A stretch of 63,253 nt of DNA, counting the filler, from Octopus bimaculoides (Eukaryota): NCBI RefSeq assembly GCF_001194135.2. It is 6 parts of 6 records of this genome, joined end to end, with 100 filler letters (N's around TTAATTAATTAA, not from the genome) between each part and the next. Parts side by side here need not be neighbours in the genome. Positions count along the whole stretch, not along the records: positions 1 to 23,383 come from NC_068987.1; positions 23,484 to 42,398 come from NC_069008.1; 4 more parts are not named here. One strand, given 5' to 3'. Positions 14,317 through 27,623 of this stretch are shown one piece after another (the first letter of the stretch is position 1; each line of letters begins with the position of its first letter). A program made the position numbers and the translations under genes. Under the pieces are notes generated by a model. That model made no database searches. It was not told where the DNA came from and saw nothing but the letters and a program-made list of their open reading frames with translations.

Positions 14317-14937
14317 CAGGGATCGGCAAACTTCTTATACCATTGAGCTCCATGGGATCGCTGATAGCTTATTGACCCCATCATGTAAATTTCTAAAATA
14401 AAATATAAAATTACAATTTACAAAAAACATTTTCATTTAAAAATATCTCCTTCGTTCACTTTTTAATATGAAATATTTAAAGAAATTTAATGAAAATACT
14501 TAATGATTTCAAATTTTGACACAAAACCAACGATTTCGTGAGAGAGTGTAAGTCGATTATATCGTTTCCAATGTTCAACTGGTATTTACTTTAACGACCT
14601 CGAAAGGATGAAAAGCAAAGTCGACCTTTGCGGAATTTGAACACAGAACGTAATGAAAATGCTTAATGAAATTAATAAAGAAGAATAAGAAATCAGTCTT
14701 ATTACATTGATATAGTCAAAATATATAATGTGAAATGTGTTTGGTGAATATTGGTTATTACATCGATATTTGGCAAGAAATTAGTGAGTTTTAGCCTTAA
14801 ATCACTGCGTTCTTCCAGATTCAGTTCGCTAAATAATTTAGCATTCTTAATGCTCAAAATCATTTCAGGTGATTATCGACCCCTTGGGTAACCACATAGA
14901 CCCTAAAATTCGATATTGATCACTTTACCGGGCCCTG
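14317..14937. mobile_element. hAT/Charlie-like MITE with a nested SINE
   Basis: Left end CAGGGATCGGCAAACT; right end reverse-complements to CAGGGCCCGGTAAAGT (12/16 match). No clean 8 bp TSD. SINE fragment at 14549-14653. Confidence 0.55.
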
Positions 14938-14972
14938 TTATAGACAAAATATTTTACAAGTTTTTTCGGTGG

Positions 14973-15200
14973 TAGAATTTTTCCTCTATTGTGTCTTTCT
15001 ATTGTGTGTTAAGTGTTCATGTTTCGAAGAGAAAGAAGAATATTTCACGAACTTAACAGTCTACAATGCTTCCTCTTAAGATTAATAGTCTGGTTAATAT
15101 GTTTAGTTTTACGTCAGATAAAAACCTGGTTGATATACTGACGACATTATATGTAAGTATCACCTTGGTAACAACAATGACGAAATACGCGTTCCATTAT
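14973..15200 (+). repeat. ~225 bp direct repeat, copy 1 (copy 2 at 19128-19350), containing a 35 nt exon-like segment
   Basis: Colinear alignment; acgtcag|35 nt|gtaagtatc conserved in both copies. Confidence 0.85.
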
Positions 15201-15528
15201 TTATTTTATTCATTCATTTATTTGTTTATTCATTCATCCATTCGGGTGTTTGCTTAATTGTTTTCTTCTATGTTTATTTGTCTTTCTTATGAGTCTCTAC
15301 TGTTTTTGTTTTTGCTTTTGTTTTTATTAACTTAACTGAAATACTGTTAACTGTTACCCTCTTACAGTTTAATGTCCACGAAGATTTCCAAGTCTGCATG
15401 CATATGCGTTCGTATATGTGGTTCTGTACCTGCGTACGAATACGATGGATGGATGGATGGAAGTGTTTTCCATTGCACAGAATTCAAGCCGGTCAATAAC
15501 AAAGCGACAAGACTTTTTACACGCGCGC

Positions 15529-15741
15529 GCGCGGGGTGCTGAAAAGTCCCTGGCTTTCAGGGTGTCTCGAAAGGCTTGGCTGGAGGCCCAACCTTCGGAG
15601 TTCTTTTATAGGGCTTAGGAAAAGGACCGCTGCAATAAGTGTGTGAATTTGAGAAGGGAATATGTTGAATAAAAGCATAATTTACTAATCCTCCAGTATT
15701 TTATTTTACCAAAGCCAGGAACGTACCAGCATACCTCGGTA
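15529..15741 (+). mobile_element. mariner-derived internally deleted element (MITE)
   Basis: TIR-like ends ggggtgctgaaaagtccctggcttt / aaagccaggaacgtaccagcatacctc; carries the transposase C-terminus KDRCNKCVNLRREYVE*. Confidence 0.75.
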
Positions 15742-15884
15742 TATGAAGGTGCGTGGCCTAGTGGTTAGATGTATTGAACTCACGATCCAATCGTACGTTA
15801 ATTGTAATGAGTAACTGACTATGTTTCTTTTGCTATTCTTGCGTTTCTAGCAAAAGAGTTTAGCATGTAACGTTCTGACAGTCG

Positions 15885-16185
15885 TGCAGGTGCAATGGCC
15901 CAGTGGTTAGGACAGCGGACTCGCGGTCGGAGAATCGCGCTTTCGATTTCCAGACCGGGTGTTGTGAGTGCTTAATGAGCGAAAACACCTAAGCTCCACA
16001 AGGCTCCGGCAGCGGGGGTGACCCCTGTTGTACTCTTTCGCCCCAACTTTCTCTCACTCTTTCTTCTTGTTTTTTGAGTAATGCTGTGATGGACTGGCGT
16101 CCCGTCCAACTGGGGGGAACACACACGCCATAGAAACCGGGAAACCGGTCCCATGAGCCTGGCTAAGCTTTGAAAGGGCGAAAAA
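15885..16185 (+). mobile_element. SINE family C (tRNA head, distinct body)
   Basis: A box tggcccagtgg, B-box-like ttcgatttc, body ending gatggactggcgtcccgtcc...gaaaccgggaaaccgg. Confidence 0.75.
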
Positions 16186-16704
16186 AGAAAGAGTTCTGAC
16201 AGTCAATATGAAAGTGTAGACAGTAGTTTGTACATAGAAGTAACGATAAGGATCAGAAGAAGATAAGCATGAAATAAGTGTTCAAATAAATGCAAATTTT
16301 ATTATCGTTTCTGAACAACGCTGAACAAACGTAAAAACACAGGAGAAAATGGAGTGTGTTCAAAACAACAGATTGCAGACGTTCAGTCTGGAGGAATAAT
16401 TTTTGTAAGACACGAATGAATACAGTTGCACTGTCTAATATTTTACAAGTTTAAGTTTGAGCTGATATAAATAACACGATACATTTTGTGAGACGAGGGT
16501 CATCCTGGAGATATAAATCTTGTTGTCTGACGCCGAATTCAGCAACAGGGTAACTACAATATAAGCTTCATAACAGCTTAATACAAAAGGAGACGAATAC
16601 CAAGTGAAGAAAAGAGGTAAACTGCCTCAAAGTTGTTAAAACTACTTTGGCTTAATTGCCATAATTACAAAAATCACACCAAGCTATATTTCCATGCTCT
16701 ATTA

Positions 16705-16741
<37 letters not shown>

Positions 16742-17143
16742 AATTGAAAAATAAGGTAGTGAACAGCTCGACGTTTTTACTGCAACTGACTTCACTTTTA
16801 CTCTCGAACGCGCCTCAGACTTGGGCGGAAGTTGATGTTTGAGACTTTCGCAGCACTAACCTTAACGGGTCAGCGTCTGTCTCAAACAGCTAACTCGAGC
16901 TACAGTGAAAACAATAAATTTATGTCTAACTACAAGTTTAATGCAATGTGGAGCAGGTTTTGTGGTGAAATNNNNNNNNNNTTAATTTTTGAGAGCGGTT
17001 GGGTTCGTTTTTAATAATTTCGTTTGTGAGAGCAGTCGAGTTTATTTCAAATATTCTCGTTTTAAAAGTAATCTCTGGCTAATCGTTAAGAGGACATTGG
17101 TGTTGCCTTGGCAGAGGTTTGTGCTCACCGAGAGCTCTTATTA

Positions 17144-17711
17144 TTATTATTATTGAATGAGAGAGTAGCGCATGCCATCAAAGTGTTACTGGGGTACAAA
17201 TATACGAAGCCCAATATACCCATCATGGCTAGTTGTCTGATAAGGGCACACCAGGCACATGCATCACAACCATATGTGCGCGACATGGTGATCTCATATC
17301 AAGATAAAAAAACGCATGACCTTGCAGGTGGGGCCCAGTTAGAATTTTCTTCAGGTCGAGTAGCCCATCCCGTTCAAAAGGCCCCTGAATAAGGGTTGTT
17401 TAAGGACGTTGAACGAAACACCCATGTTTCCAGAAGTGAATTATCCAAACCCCATAGAATTCCTCTCAACACATGGCTATGATGCTCCCCTACTACTTCT
17501 GCTCGGAATCAGAGATGCACATATCATCAGCCGCCAAGGGACATGCTCAACTGGCTAAGGTCAAGCAACTGACAAGCAAATCTGTGGTATTAAGCAGAAT
17601 ATTTGCTGTAGCCCATCTTTTATACCAAGACAAAACAATGTACATGATAACACTTCCAATCAATTAAGATCAGAAACCATGAGAGCCACTACCTGGTATT
17701 GCATCCGGGCA
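17144..17711. mobile_element. ~570 bp interspersed repeat flanked by (TTA)n on both sides
   Basis: Highly similar to 30706-31261; partial third copy at 40954-41020. No tRNA head, TIR or long ORF. Confidence 0.85.
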
Positions 17712-17742
<31 letters not shown>

Positions 17743-18836
17743 CACAAGTACAAAGACCGCCCTCCAAGCGGTTTTCTGCTACTTGCTAAATGATATTTGC
17801 ATATTTGATTCCCAGTTTTTGTAATTTTTCTTTTGTATTTTTCCTTTATTCGTCTAATATACTCACGCACTCTGTAAATTTAGAGCACGACTACAGAATT
17901 ACATATTGCCGATTTTATTTCTTCATAACTTTCTGATAAACGGATGTTTATTGATGAAAGTTTGCGCAAATACATTTCAGATGGCCTTGATTACAATTAT
18001 ATTAGAATGTGTTGGGGAAAACGTTTGGGAGAGGGGGTTCAGAGAATTCCCACGCCACAATTTTGTTTCCTCGTAGCTTTTTGGAAAATTGGTATTTTCT
18101 AACGAATTTTTCCACAAATAACTTTCACGTGATTTAGATTAAGATTATACAGGATTTTAAATTGAAAACAAAAAATGGACAATGGTCATGCCAGAGCACC
18201 ACTTTATAGGGTTAGTCGAACAAATTGGCACCAATACTTATTTAAAATGTTGGTCTTTTCAACGGCAGAATTTTGCGACTGTTAAAGGGTAGAGGAGATG
18301 ATATAAAGAAACAATGGCGCTATTTTTTGTATCTGTTTATGAATAATTTGGAATCTATTTTATACACACTGATGGCGTATATACCGATATAAATGCGATT
18401 CATGCAAGTCTTCAGTGATTGCTGGTGAATGACATATTTACTTTCAGTTTTTTTTATGTGTGTTTGTATGTGCATATACTATAAATATATGTGTGTGTAT
18501 ATGTACTATGTCTGTATGTATGTATGTATGTATGTATGTATGTATGTATGTATGTATGTATGTATCATGTAAGTATGTATGTATGTATGTACATACTTAT
18601 TATATCAGGCCGCCTTTGCCGAATCGCTAAGTTACAGAGACGTAAAGAAACCAACAGCGATTGTGAAGCAGTGAGCGGTCAATACAAAGATATACACGCA
18701 TACATATATATGTGTGTNNNNNNNNNNCATACATACATACATACACACACACATACATACATATATACATACATACATACACACACACATACATACATAG
18801 ATACATACATACACACACACACATACATACATACAT

Positions 18837-18869
<33 letters not shown>

Positions 18870-18905
18870 TACATACATACATACATACATACATACATAC
18901 ATACA

Positions 18906-18938
<33 letters not shown>

Positions 18939-19753
18939 CCGGCCGATTTCTACGCAGTTTTCGTCAACCAAATTCACTCACAAGACACTGGTCGTCCTGG
19001 AGTTGTTTCGATAGAATTATATAAGATCCTCTCGCCACAGGTGTCACTTAGTGGTACCGAACTCTGAATCCGAAATCACTTGGTTACGAAGCAAACTTCT
19101 TAACCACATAGCCATGTCTACGAATTCTAGAACTTTTCTCTTTTCCTGTACTTCATTGTGTGTTAAGTGCTCATATTTCGAAGAGAATATTTCACGAACT
19201 TAACAGTGTGCATCATTCCTCTTCACATTAATAGTCTGGCTAATACGTTCATTTAGTCTTACGTCAGGTGAAAACCTGGTTGATATACTGACGACATCAT
19301 ATGTAAGTATCACCTTGGTAACAGCAATGACGAAATATTTGTTCCATTATGAGTATTATTTATGCTTATTTGTTTACTTAGTTTCTTTAATTATCTACTT
19401 CTAGTTTCATTTCGTTCATTATATCTTTGTTGTTGTTGTGGAGTTTTTTTTTTTGCCGATTTTATTTAAAATAGACGTAAATGATAACTTAGTTTTATAC
19501 GGTGGAAGGAGAATATAATCTGTAGATTTTATGAATGAAAGTAAATGCGTGTATGTGTGTTCATGTGCGTGTGTTTAATAAGATGTATGTTCGCAGTCAT
19601 GTTTGCATGTGTCAGCATATATACATGTGTGTGTGTGTGTACATATACATACATACATCGACCGTCAAACTAACACATTCCTTGTGCACGACCTCTTGTT
19701 TGTTAATTTTATTAATCGCTTATTTGCATTGACTATATATTTATTTATATATA

Positions 19754-19791
<38 letters not shown>

Positions 19792-19974
19792 AACAAATAG
19801 TAAATGAGTATATGCATATATACGTACAGGTATGTGCGTACCCACATCCACCTGTATGTATAGGTGCATATCTGGGTACAGGACATTGCAAACAAAACGT
19901 AAACGAGAAAACACAAGCCACATAGAAAACATTCTACTTCATCAGCTACCCTCGTTTTAACACCGGCGTTTCGA

Positions 19975-20045
<71 letters not shown>

Positions 20046-20150
20046 AATATAAATATGCACACATGCATATATCTATACGTGTACATACACTCACAAATAC
20101 ACTTACTCCCCACCACCGGTATATAAATCTAAGGCTGTTTGAAGTGCGTA

Positions 20151-20183
<33 letters not shown>

Positions 20184-22797
20184 CGTGCGCGCCTGTATGT
20201 GCGCGCATGTGCACTTGAAACAGTTTTAGATGAAAGTACCGTCGTGTATAACATTTTGTATGTATACAAACGCGGAACGGCACAAGGTGTAATGTTTTGT
20301 CTCGGAGAAACTTCTCGAAAAACACAGGGACTCATTAAAACACTGGGATTTGCTCAGAACACCGGTGGATTATCAGATTTGGTCTCGTCTGTGACGAATA
20401 CCCCGAACGTTCTGAGCCAAGCCAAAAAAAGCTTGTTCCGATGCAGAAATCGGTCTGTTAACCTGTAAACTATTTTCCCTCTATCATAATTGCATAACTT
20501 AGTAAAATAGGGTTGTGCTGTGCTGACGATTTCATTGAACGATGAAATACCATTATACGAAGCTACCAAAGACCGGAAATTTTAAAATCTTTATAATGAA
20601 TAGGAAAAGAAATATTAAATGTGTATATTCTGTACACCTTCTTTACTCTTTAAAGTAAATTTCAAAATTCTAAACCCTTCAAGTTTACTTAATCAAGAAG
20701 GGATTGTCTCACCAATGAAAGCTAACCACAAGGCGAACTCCACGTGTAAAACCTTTACTGATTAGTGTTAAAGCTATCCATGCTAGAATTTGATTAATTT
20801 ACGGACTCGAAACGGCTTTGGTTTTTTTGGGTTTTTTTTTTTTTTTAGGTAACCCAAAAGATGAAAGCAAAGTTGATTTCGATGGATTTGAACTCAGATG
20901 ACGGAGAGTCGGAATAAATGCTGCGAGGCATTCGATCCGACACTCAAACGACTCGGCCAGTTCGCTGCTTTTCGTAACCGTTAAATCTCGCTCGTGTATA
21001 AAAATCTACTATAATACTACTCTTGTGTATTTCTCCGCCACAACACATGAATGAGAAAGGAAGGGGTGATAGATGAAGAAGGAAAGAAGNNNNNNNNNNN
21101 NNNNNNNNNNNNNNNNNNNNNNNNNNNNNNNNNNNNNNNNNNNNNNNNNNNNNNNNNNNNNNNNNNNNNNNNNNNNNNNNNNNNNNNNNNNNNNNNNNNN
21201 NNNNNNNNNNNNNNNNNNNNNNNNNNNNNNNNNNNNNNNNNNNNNNNNNNNNNNNNNNNNNNNNNNNNNNNNNNNNNNNNNNNNNNNNNNNNNNNNNNNN
21301 NNNNNNNNNNNNNNNNNNNNNNNNNNNNNNNNNNNNNNNNNNNNNNNNNNNNNNNNNNNNNNNNNNNNNNNNNNNNNNNNNNNNNTGTGCAATGGAAGTG
21401 GGATGGTGAACATTCAACGCTGAAAAGAAAAATCAAACAGCGTTTCAACTCTGCGTGAGTATATGTGTGTATGTGTGTGCGTGTACAAGGGAAGTATGTG
21501 AATGTATCTGTGATTATTATGTACCTTATTTATATATAAAATACTACAATTAGCCGTCATTTTGGACGGCACGGATTCAGCTAGTGTTTAAATAATGAAT
21601 AACAAACCGCAACTTGACACATCTATAAAGTATTTGATAACGAATAATATTTGTGTGTGTGTGTGTGTTGACCAGAAAATACAGCGTCCTTGCTACCATA
21701 TTTCGTAACGAGTGACGTATTGAGCGAAAATATAACGTCTTTGTCTACTTTGTGACGAATGACAATTTGAACGCAAATAGCGTTTCTTGACATTCAGATT
21801 TTTAAGAAAATACTGAATTATTAAAGGAAAATATAGCGTCTTTACAAGCGTATTTTGTAATTGCACGAAAATAAAGTTCTTGGTTACCATATTTTCTAAC
21901 TTAATGATATATTGAGCAAAAATAAAACCATATACGCACACACGCACACACGCGCACACACACATACACATACACATACACACACGTAGTACATATGTAA
22001 GTGTAAGCCGTTTAATAGTCAATTGATAAAATGGTATTAGCTAATTAACTTATCAAGTAACATTTGACATGGAACGCCACCGAAAGCCTGTTATTTTAAC
22101 GCCTTTCAGATTTGTCGGCTTTACTTACGCTTAAAAAAATGCCAGCTGGTGGCCTTCTAACATGAACCTTATCTTTAAAGAATTCCTTAAACATTGAGGT
22201 AGATCTTTCGTTACTGTGGTGGCGGCGGTGATGGCGGCGGCGGCGGCGGCGNNNNNNNNNNNNNNNNNNNNNNNNNNNNNNNNNNNNNNNNNNNNNNNNN
22301 NNNNNNNNNNNNNNNNNNNNNNNNNNNNNNNNNNNNNNNNNNNNNNNNNNNNNNNNNNNNNNNNNNNNNNNNNNNNNNNNNNNNNNNNNNNNNNNNNNNN
22401 NNNNNNNNNNNNNNNNNNNNNNNNNNNNNNNNNNNNNNNNNNNNNNNNNNNNNNNNNNNNNNNNNNNGTAGTGGTGGTGGTGGCTTTTCTTCGTTGCTGG
22501 TGTTGTCGTTGTAGTGGTCGTTGTCGTTCGTGTTGTTGTTTAGCTAAGATCGTCTTCTTATCGAACAGACCTGTAATCTGTAAGGTCAGGTGTTATATGA
22601 TGGAAATGTGGTAGCTATTTCTAGCAGAATGAATGACTAGAAAGGAAACCATATCGTTAGCTCGTAATAGTAGAATTAGAGCTGGTAAAGTTAATGGTAA
22701 TGGTGGAGGGTAGCCGATTTAAGAGTGATGCTGGCAGGCCATATCGTTAAATTCATATCATATGATTAGTTTTATATACTCTTAAGGACGCACACGC

Positions 22798-22830
<33 letters not shown>

Positions 22831-23328
22831 GCGCGGACGCACGCACGCACACACACATCGTATAGATATTAGGGAACCCATAGACATTTAATCATTTATT
22901 ATTAATGCTATCGGCTGTAATGACAGTTTCCCTGATAAAGATAAGTGTTCAAGAAAAAGGTAAGAAAAGCAACAAAACTCAACGAAAAAAAAAAAACAAG
23001 CTAAGCGTTATTTTATCTTCTCTTTACATAACTGCGATTATCGTCTGCCAATTGAAAGAGGATAAAGAGTCCATATACATAGACACAGATAGGCACGAGA
23101 ACGCAAGCACATACACACACACACTCACACACACACACATACACACACACACACACGTACATATGTATGTATGTATGTATATATAAGGAAACGCGTTAAT
23201 CATGCACGGGTGGCGGTGCCGACCCATTTGGTTTGTTCAGAACGATTACCAGATTAGCTTTTTCAGTGGAGCGGTAGATTAACTTATATATATACACACA
23301 CACACACATATAGATATACACATACATA

Positions 23329-23383
<55 letters not shown>

Positions 23384-23427
23384 NNNNNNNNNNNNNNNNN
23401 NNNNNNNNNNNNNNNNNNNNNNNNNNN

Positions 23428-23439
23428 TTAATTAATTAA
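23428..23439. other. Artificial scaffold spacer TTAATTAATTAA between N runs (also 42443, 51299, 55804, 61015)
   Basis: Identical 12-mer palindrome with stop codons in all six frames, always isolated between N runs. Confidence 0.9.
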
Positions 23440-23482
23440 NNNNNNNNNNNNNNNNNNNNNNNNNNNNNNNNNNNNNNNNNNN

Positions 23483-23835
23483 NGCGAACACATTTCTCTC
23501 CTACAACATCACTATTCTCTCTCCTACACTGTCTTGCAACACGAAATACCTCGAGTCTTTGGTCCTCACGGCGCAGAACATTGGCAAATCTTTCCTTATC
23601 TGCTTCCCCTCTGGCTAAATAAACCTGTCGCCTAGCCTCCCTTCTGGCACATTGGTACAATTCCCTGCTACCACCGTTCTTCCAGTCCTTCCAAGCCTGT
23701 TTCTTTTGTCTAATAGCCCTGTCTACCTCCTTGTTCCACCACCACGTTACTCTGGGTTGGGAGGGGACCTTACACCACCCACAAATCTGGTCGGTGGCTT
23801 TCAACAGGTTGTCCCGCAGAAATCTATCATTATCA
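23483..23835 (-). mobile_element. RTE LINE internal fragment running into a gap
   Basis: Open frame DNLLKATDQICGWCKVPSQPRVTWWWNKEVDRAIRQKKQAWKDWK..., homologous to 33.6-34.0 kb. Confidence 0.88.
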
Positions 23836-24089
23836 TCATTTAAAGTCTGTCTTCCATGCTCGTATGGGTAGGATGGTTGACTTCTATAAAAATTATATAA
23901 TATTATACACATACACACATATCTATGATATGACATAATATATACATACATATATATATAATATATATATACACATGCGCGAGTGCACACACACACACAC
24001 ATATATAATGTTACATGCACACACATATAAAATATGATATATATTATATACATTCTTTCCTTTGTAGCCATACTGGAGCACTGCCAGTG

Positions 24090-24470
24090 TAATCATGCTT
24101 TCAGTGAGCGTTCCTGTGTGATTGGCCTTTGCTGAAAAAGGAAGTTCAACACTGCTGCCCTCTTTTGAGTTTCTTGTTATATAGGTTCATTTGGGACCTT
24201 GGACAGCAGGAGATTAAGTTGTTTCTTGAAAACATCTACCTCTACAACATGAAGATACCTCAGATATTTTGGCAAGGCATTAGATAGCTGTCAGCCCTTG
24301 AATCCCAAGTTACTACAGTACATTGTCCTCACTCTAGAGAGAATAGCTGGGACTTTTGGAACAGTGCAGTGATGTCCAATTTGGGAGATAGTATACCTCT
24401 TGATGTCAAAGTTTGGTGCCAACACCTCCAGGATTTTCCATGCATATATATCAGAACTAAGAGGTCAACA
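24090..24470 (-). mobile_element. CR1-type LINE 3' end remnant
   Basis: Minus translation IYAWKILEVLAPNFDIKRYTISQIGHHCTVPKVPAILSRVRTMYCSNLGFKG*QLSNALPKYLRYLHVVEVDVFKKQLNLLLSKVPNEP, resembling the post-RT C-terminus of CR1-group ORF2. Confidence 0.75.
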
Positions 24471-24746
24471 TGTAATCTTTTACAGTATATCTTTTTCCCT
24501 GATGATATTTTGTTCATATCTTATAAATGCAAATTTAAATTTGTAATTTATTTAATGTGCACAAATGGAAACAGCTGTAGGAAGTAAGAATTATCAATTT
24601 AAGATTAAATAATTATTAACTTTCAACTCTCCATTTTCTTTTCTTCTATTAATTGAACAGGGATTAGCACTTACTTAGCATTACCTGACATCTTTGGGGT
24701 CTTATTGACACCATTACCTCTCATAACTTCTCTCTCCCTCTCTCTC

Positions 24747-24793
<47 letters not shown>

Positions 24794-25025
24794 TTGTTAC
24801 TTCTTGCACACAACTTGCAGATGCAAGTGCTACCAGTTGAAAGCTCTGCATACCAGACGCTAGCGCAAGTTTATGAGGTCATCAGAGGAGAATGTACATC
24901 CAAATCCAGTGGCTTGCCTTCTCCATGCTATACATATGTAGCCCCAGGCCAGTATCAATTCAGCAGATAAATGTATAAAAAGGGGTTCCACTCGCCCTGA
25001 TACTCACAACTTTTATTAAGATATA

Positions 25026-25437
25026 GGCACAGGCATGGCTGTGTGATAAGAAGCTTGCTTCCCAATTGCATGGTTTCAAGTTCAGTCCCACTGCATGCAC
25101 CTTGGGCAAGAGTCCTCTACTATAGCCTCAGGCCTACCAAAGCTTTGTGAGGGAATTTGGTAGATGAAAACTGAAAGAAGCCTGTTGTGCATATCTATAC
25201 ATCTACTAATGTGTGTCTTCATGTCTGTGTTCTTCCCCACCATCACCACTAGACAACTATTGTTGGTATTTGCATCCCTGTAAATTAGTGGTTCAGCAAA
25301 AGAGACTGATAGAATAAGCACTAGGCTTTAGAAATAAGTCCTGGGGTTGATTTCTTCAACTAAAACACTTGAAGACAGTGCCCCAACATGGCTGCAGTCA
25401 AAGAACTGATATAAGTAAAAGATAAAGATAAAAGATA
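25026..25437 (+). mobile_element. SINE family A, full length, CpG-decayed
   Basis: Same head, body and tail as 2531-2888. Further copies at 10105-10445 (+), 12121-12320 (+), 18940-19120 (-), 41706-41872 (+), 57868-57985 (-), 62385-62480 (-). Confidence 0.85.
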
Positions 25438-26395
25438 ATGACTAAATTATCTAATGTATCTTTCCTTATTTTTTTAACATTGTGTTAGATTTGATTTAAT
25501 CGACCTACGATCAACGGTATATTGGACTATATTATCTTATGCACTTATCCTCTGTTGTTTAGCCCCATGGCAGTTCTGTACTAACAGAAGTATGATCAAA
25601 AAATTTCCAACTAGGACCACCTGCCTGTCATTTGGACAATAATATATTGTTATTCCTTGTCTTTCTTAACACCAGGTCAGTACTGTAGTTGTGACTGTCA
25701 GTCTTTTATTTAGCTATAGTGTATCTAGGAGAACATTATCTAATGTGTCCTTCTTTGTTGTTGTTGTTGCCGATGGAAGTGCTAGTGCTGTTTAGACCCC
25801 AGGGTAGCCCTGATCCAGTGGATTTATTTGTAGCCATAGATGTTCTAGCTGTAAACTTTTTCATTCAAGCATAGCATATCTAGGGCAGCATTTTCATGTA
25901 ACCTTCCACATTTTTTGTAATGTGAAGGTGATATGAAAGAAAGATTTTACTGTTATTTCTAGCGGAATGAGCAACTTTTAGAGGGTCCCTCATTGGATCA
26001 TTCCATGAAATGGTTGTTTTTGTTTAGCCTTATTTCAACTCTGATCCAGCAAACAAATGATCAAAGGTTTTCTAGTTGGTGGGGGAGGGGCAGGCTGTAA
26101 TATATTTACTCACATAAAATGTGTATTAAATGTGTATCTTTATGTGAACACGAGGAACTGAAAATGTTGATTACAGAATCAACAGAGTGGTAATCCTTAA
26201 TTTGAGCACTAGCAATCATTGGGGATGTTGTGAATTCACACAGGACTGCAAATGTCCAGGATGATGACGTGGTACAGCTATAGTGAGTGCTAGGTATTTA
26301 GAGGGATTATAATTTTTCTTAGAATAGAATATTTCTTAAAAATATAACGTGTGTATATATCTATCTATCTATATATATATATATATAAATGTATG

Positions 26396-26440
<45 letters not shown>

Positions 26441-26520
26441 ATATATACATATATATGTGTGTGTGTGTATATATATATGTATATATATGTATGTATGTGT
26501 ATATATATATATATACATAT

Positions 26521-26900
26521 AGGTGTAGGAGTGGCTGTGTGGTAAGAAGCTTGCTTCCAACCACATGGTTGTGGGTTCAGTCCCACTGTGTGGCACCTTG
26601 GGCACATGTCTTCTACTATAGCCTCGGGCTGTGAGTGGATTTGGGAGATGGGAAGTGAAAGAAGCCCATTGTATATATGTATATATGTATTTTTGTGTGT
26701 CTGTGTTTGTACCCCACCATCACCTGACAACCGATGTTTGTGTGTTTACATCCCTGTAACTTAGCAGTTCAAGAAAAGAGACTGATAGAATAAGTACTAG
26801 GCTTACAAAGAATAAGTCCTGGGGTTGATTTGTTCGACCAAAGGTGGTGCTCCAGCATTGCTGAAATCAAATGACTGAAACAAGTAAAAGAGTAAAAGAA
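26521..26900 (+). mobile_element. SINE family A, full length
   Basis: ggagtggctgtgtggtaagaagcttgcttccaaccacatgg ... aagtaaaagagtaaaag. Confidence 0.85.
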
Positions 26901-27587
26901 TATATATATATATATATATANNNNNNNNNNNNNNNNNNNNNNNNNNNNNNNNNNNNNNNNNNNNNNNNNNNNNNNNNNNNNNNNNNNNNNNNNNNNNNNN
27001 NNNNNNNNNNNNNNNNNNNNNNNNNNNNNNNNNNNNNNNNNNNNNNNNNNNNNNNNNNNNNNNNNNNNNNNNNNNNNNNNNNNNNNNNNNNNNNNNNNNN
27101 NNNNNNNNNNNNNNNNNNNNNNNNNNNNNNNNNNNNNNNNNNNNNNNNNNNNNNNNNNNNNNNNNNNNNNNNNNNNNNNNNNNNNNNNNNNNNNNNNNNN
27201 NNNNNNNNNNNNNNNNNNNNNNNNNNNNNNNNNNNNNNNNNNNNNNNNNNNNNNNNNNNNNNNNNNNNNNNNNNNNNNNNNNNNNNNNNNNNNNNNNNNN
27301 NNNNNNNNNNNNNNNNNNNNNNNNNNNNNNNNNNNNNNNNNNNNNNNNNNNNNNNNNNNNNNNNNNNNNNNNNNNNNNNNNNNNNNNNNNNNNNNNNNNN
27401 NNNNNNNNNNNNNNNNGGCATCCAGCTGTAGAAACTCTTCCAAATCAGATTGGAGCCTGGTGTTGACTCCTGGTCCACCAGTCCTCAGTCAAATCGTCCA
27501 ACCCATGCTTGCATGGAAAACGGACGTTAAACGATGATGATGATGATGATGATGATTATGATGATATATATATATATATATATATAT

Positions 27588-27623
<36 letters not shown>

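Noticed and set aside
20520-20552. CTGACGA...GAAA as a hammerhead
   Set aside because: The GAAA is consumed in the TTTCAT/ATGAAA stem, so no core geometry is possible.
20280-20569. Short opposing ORFs in non-repetitive sequence
   Set aside because: No recognisable motif and no convincing splice-site pair.
23428-23439. Recurrent TTAATTAATTAA palindromes
   Set aside because: Always isolated between N runs; a six-frame-stop assembly spacer, not biology.
24108-24587. Protein-looking plus-strand frame (AFLCDWPLLKKEVQHCCP...DFWNSAVMSNLGDSIPLDVKVW) with one stop
   Set aside because: It is the antisense shadow of the minus-strand CR1 C-terminus, and the apparent acceptor at 24067 is a SINE tail.
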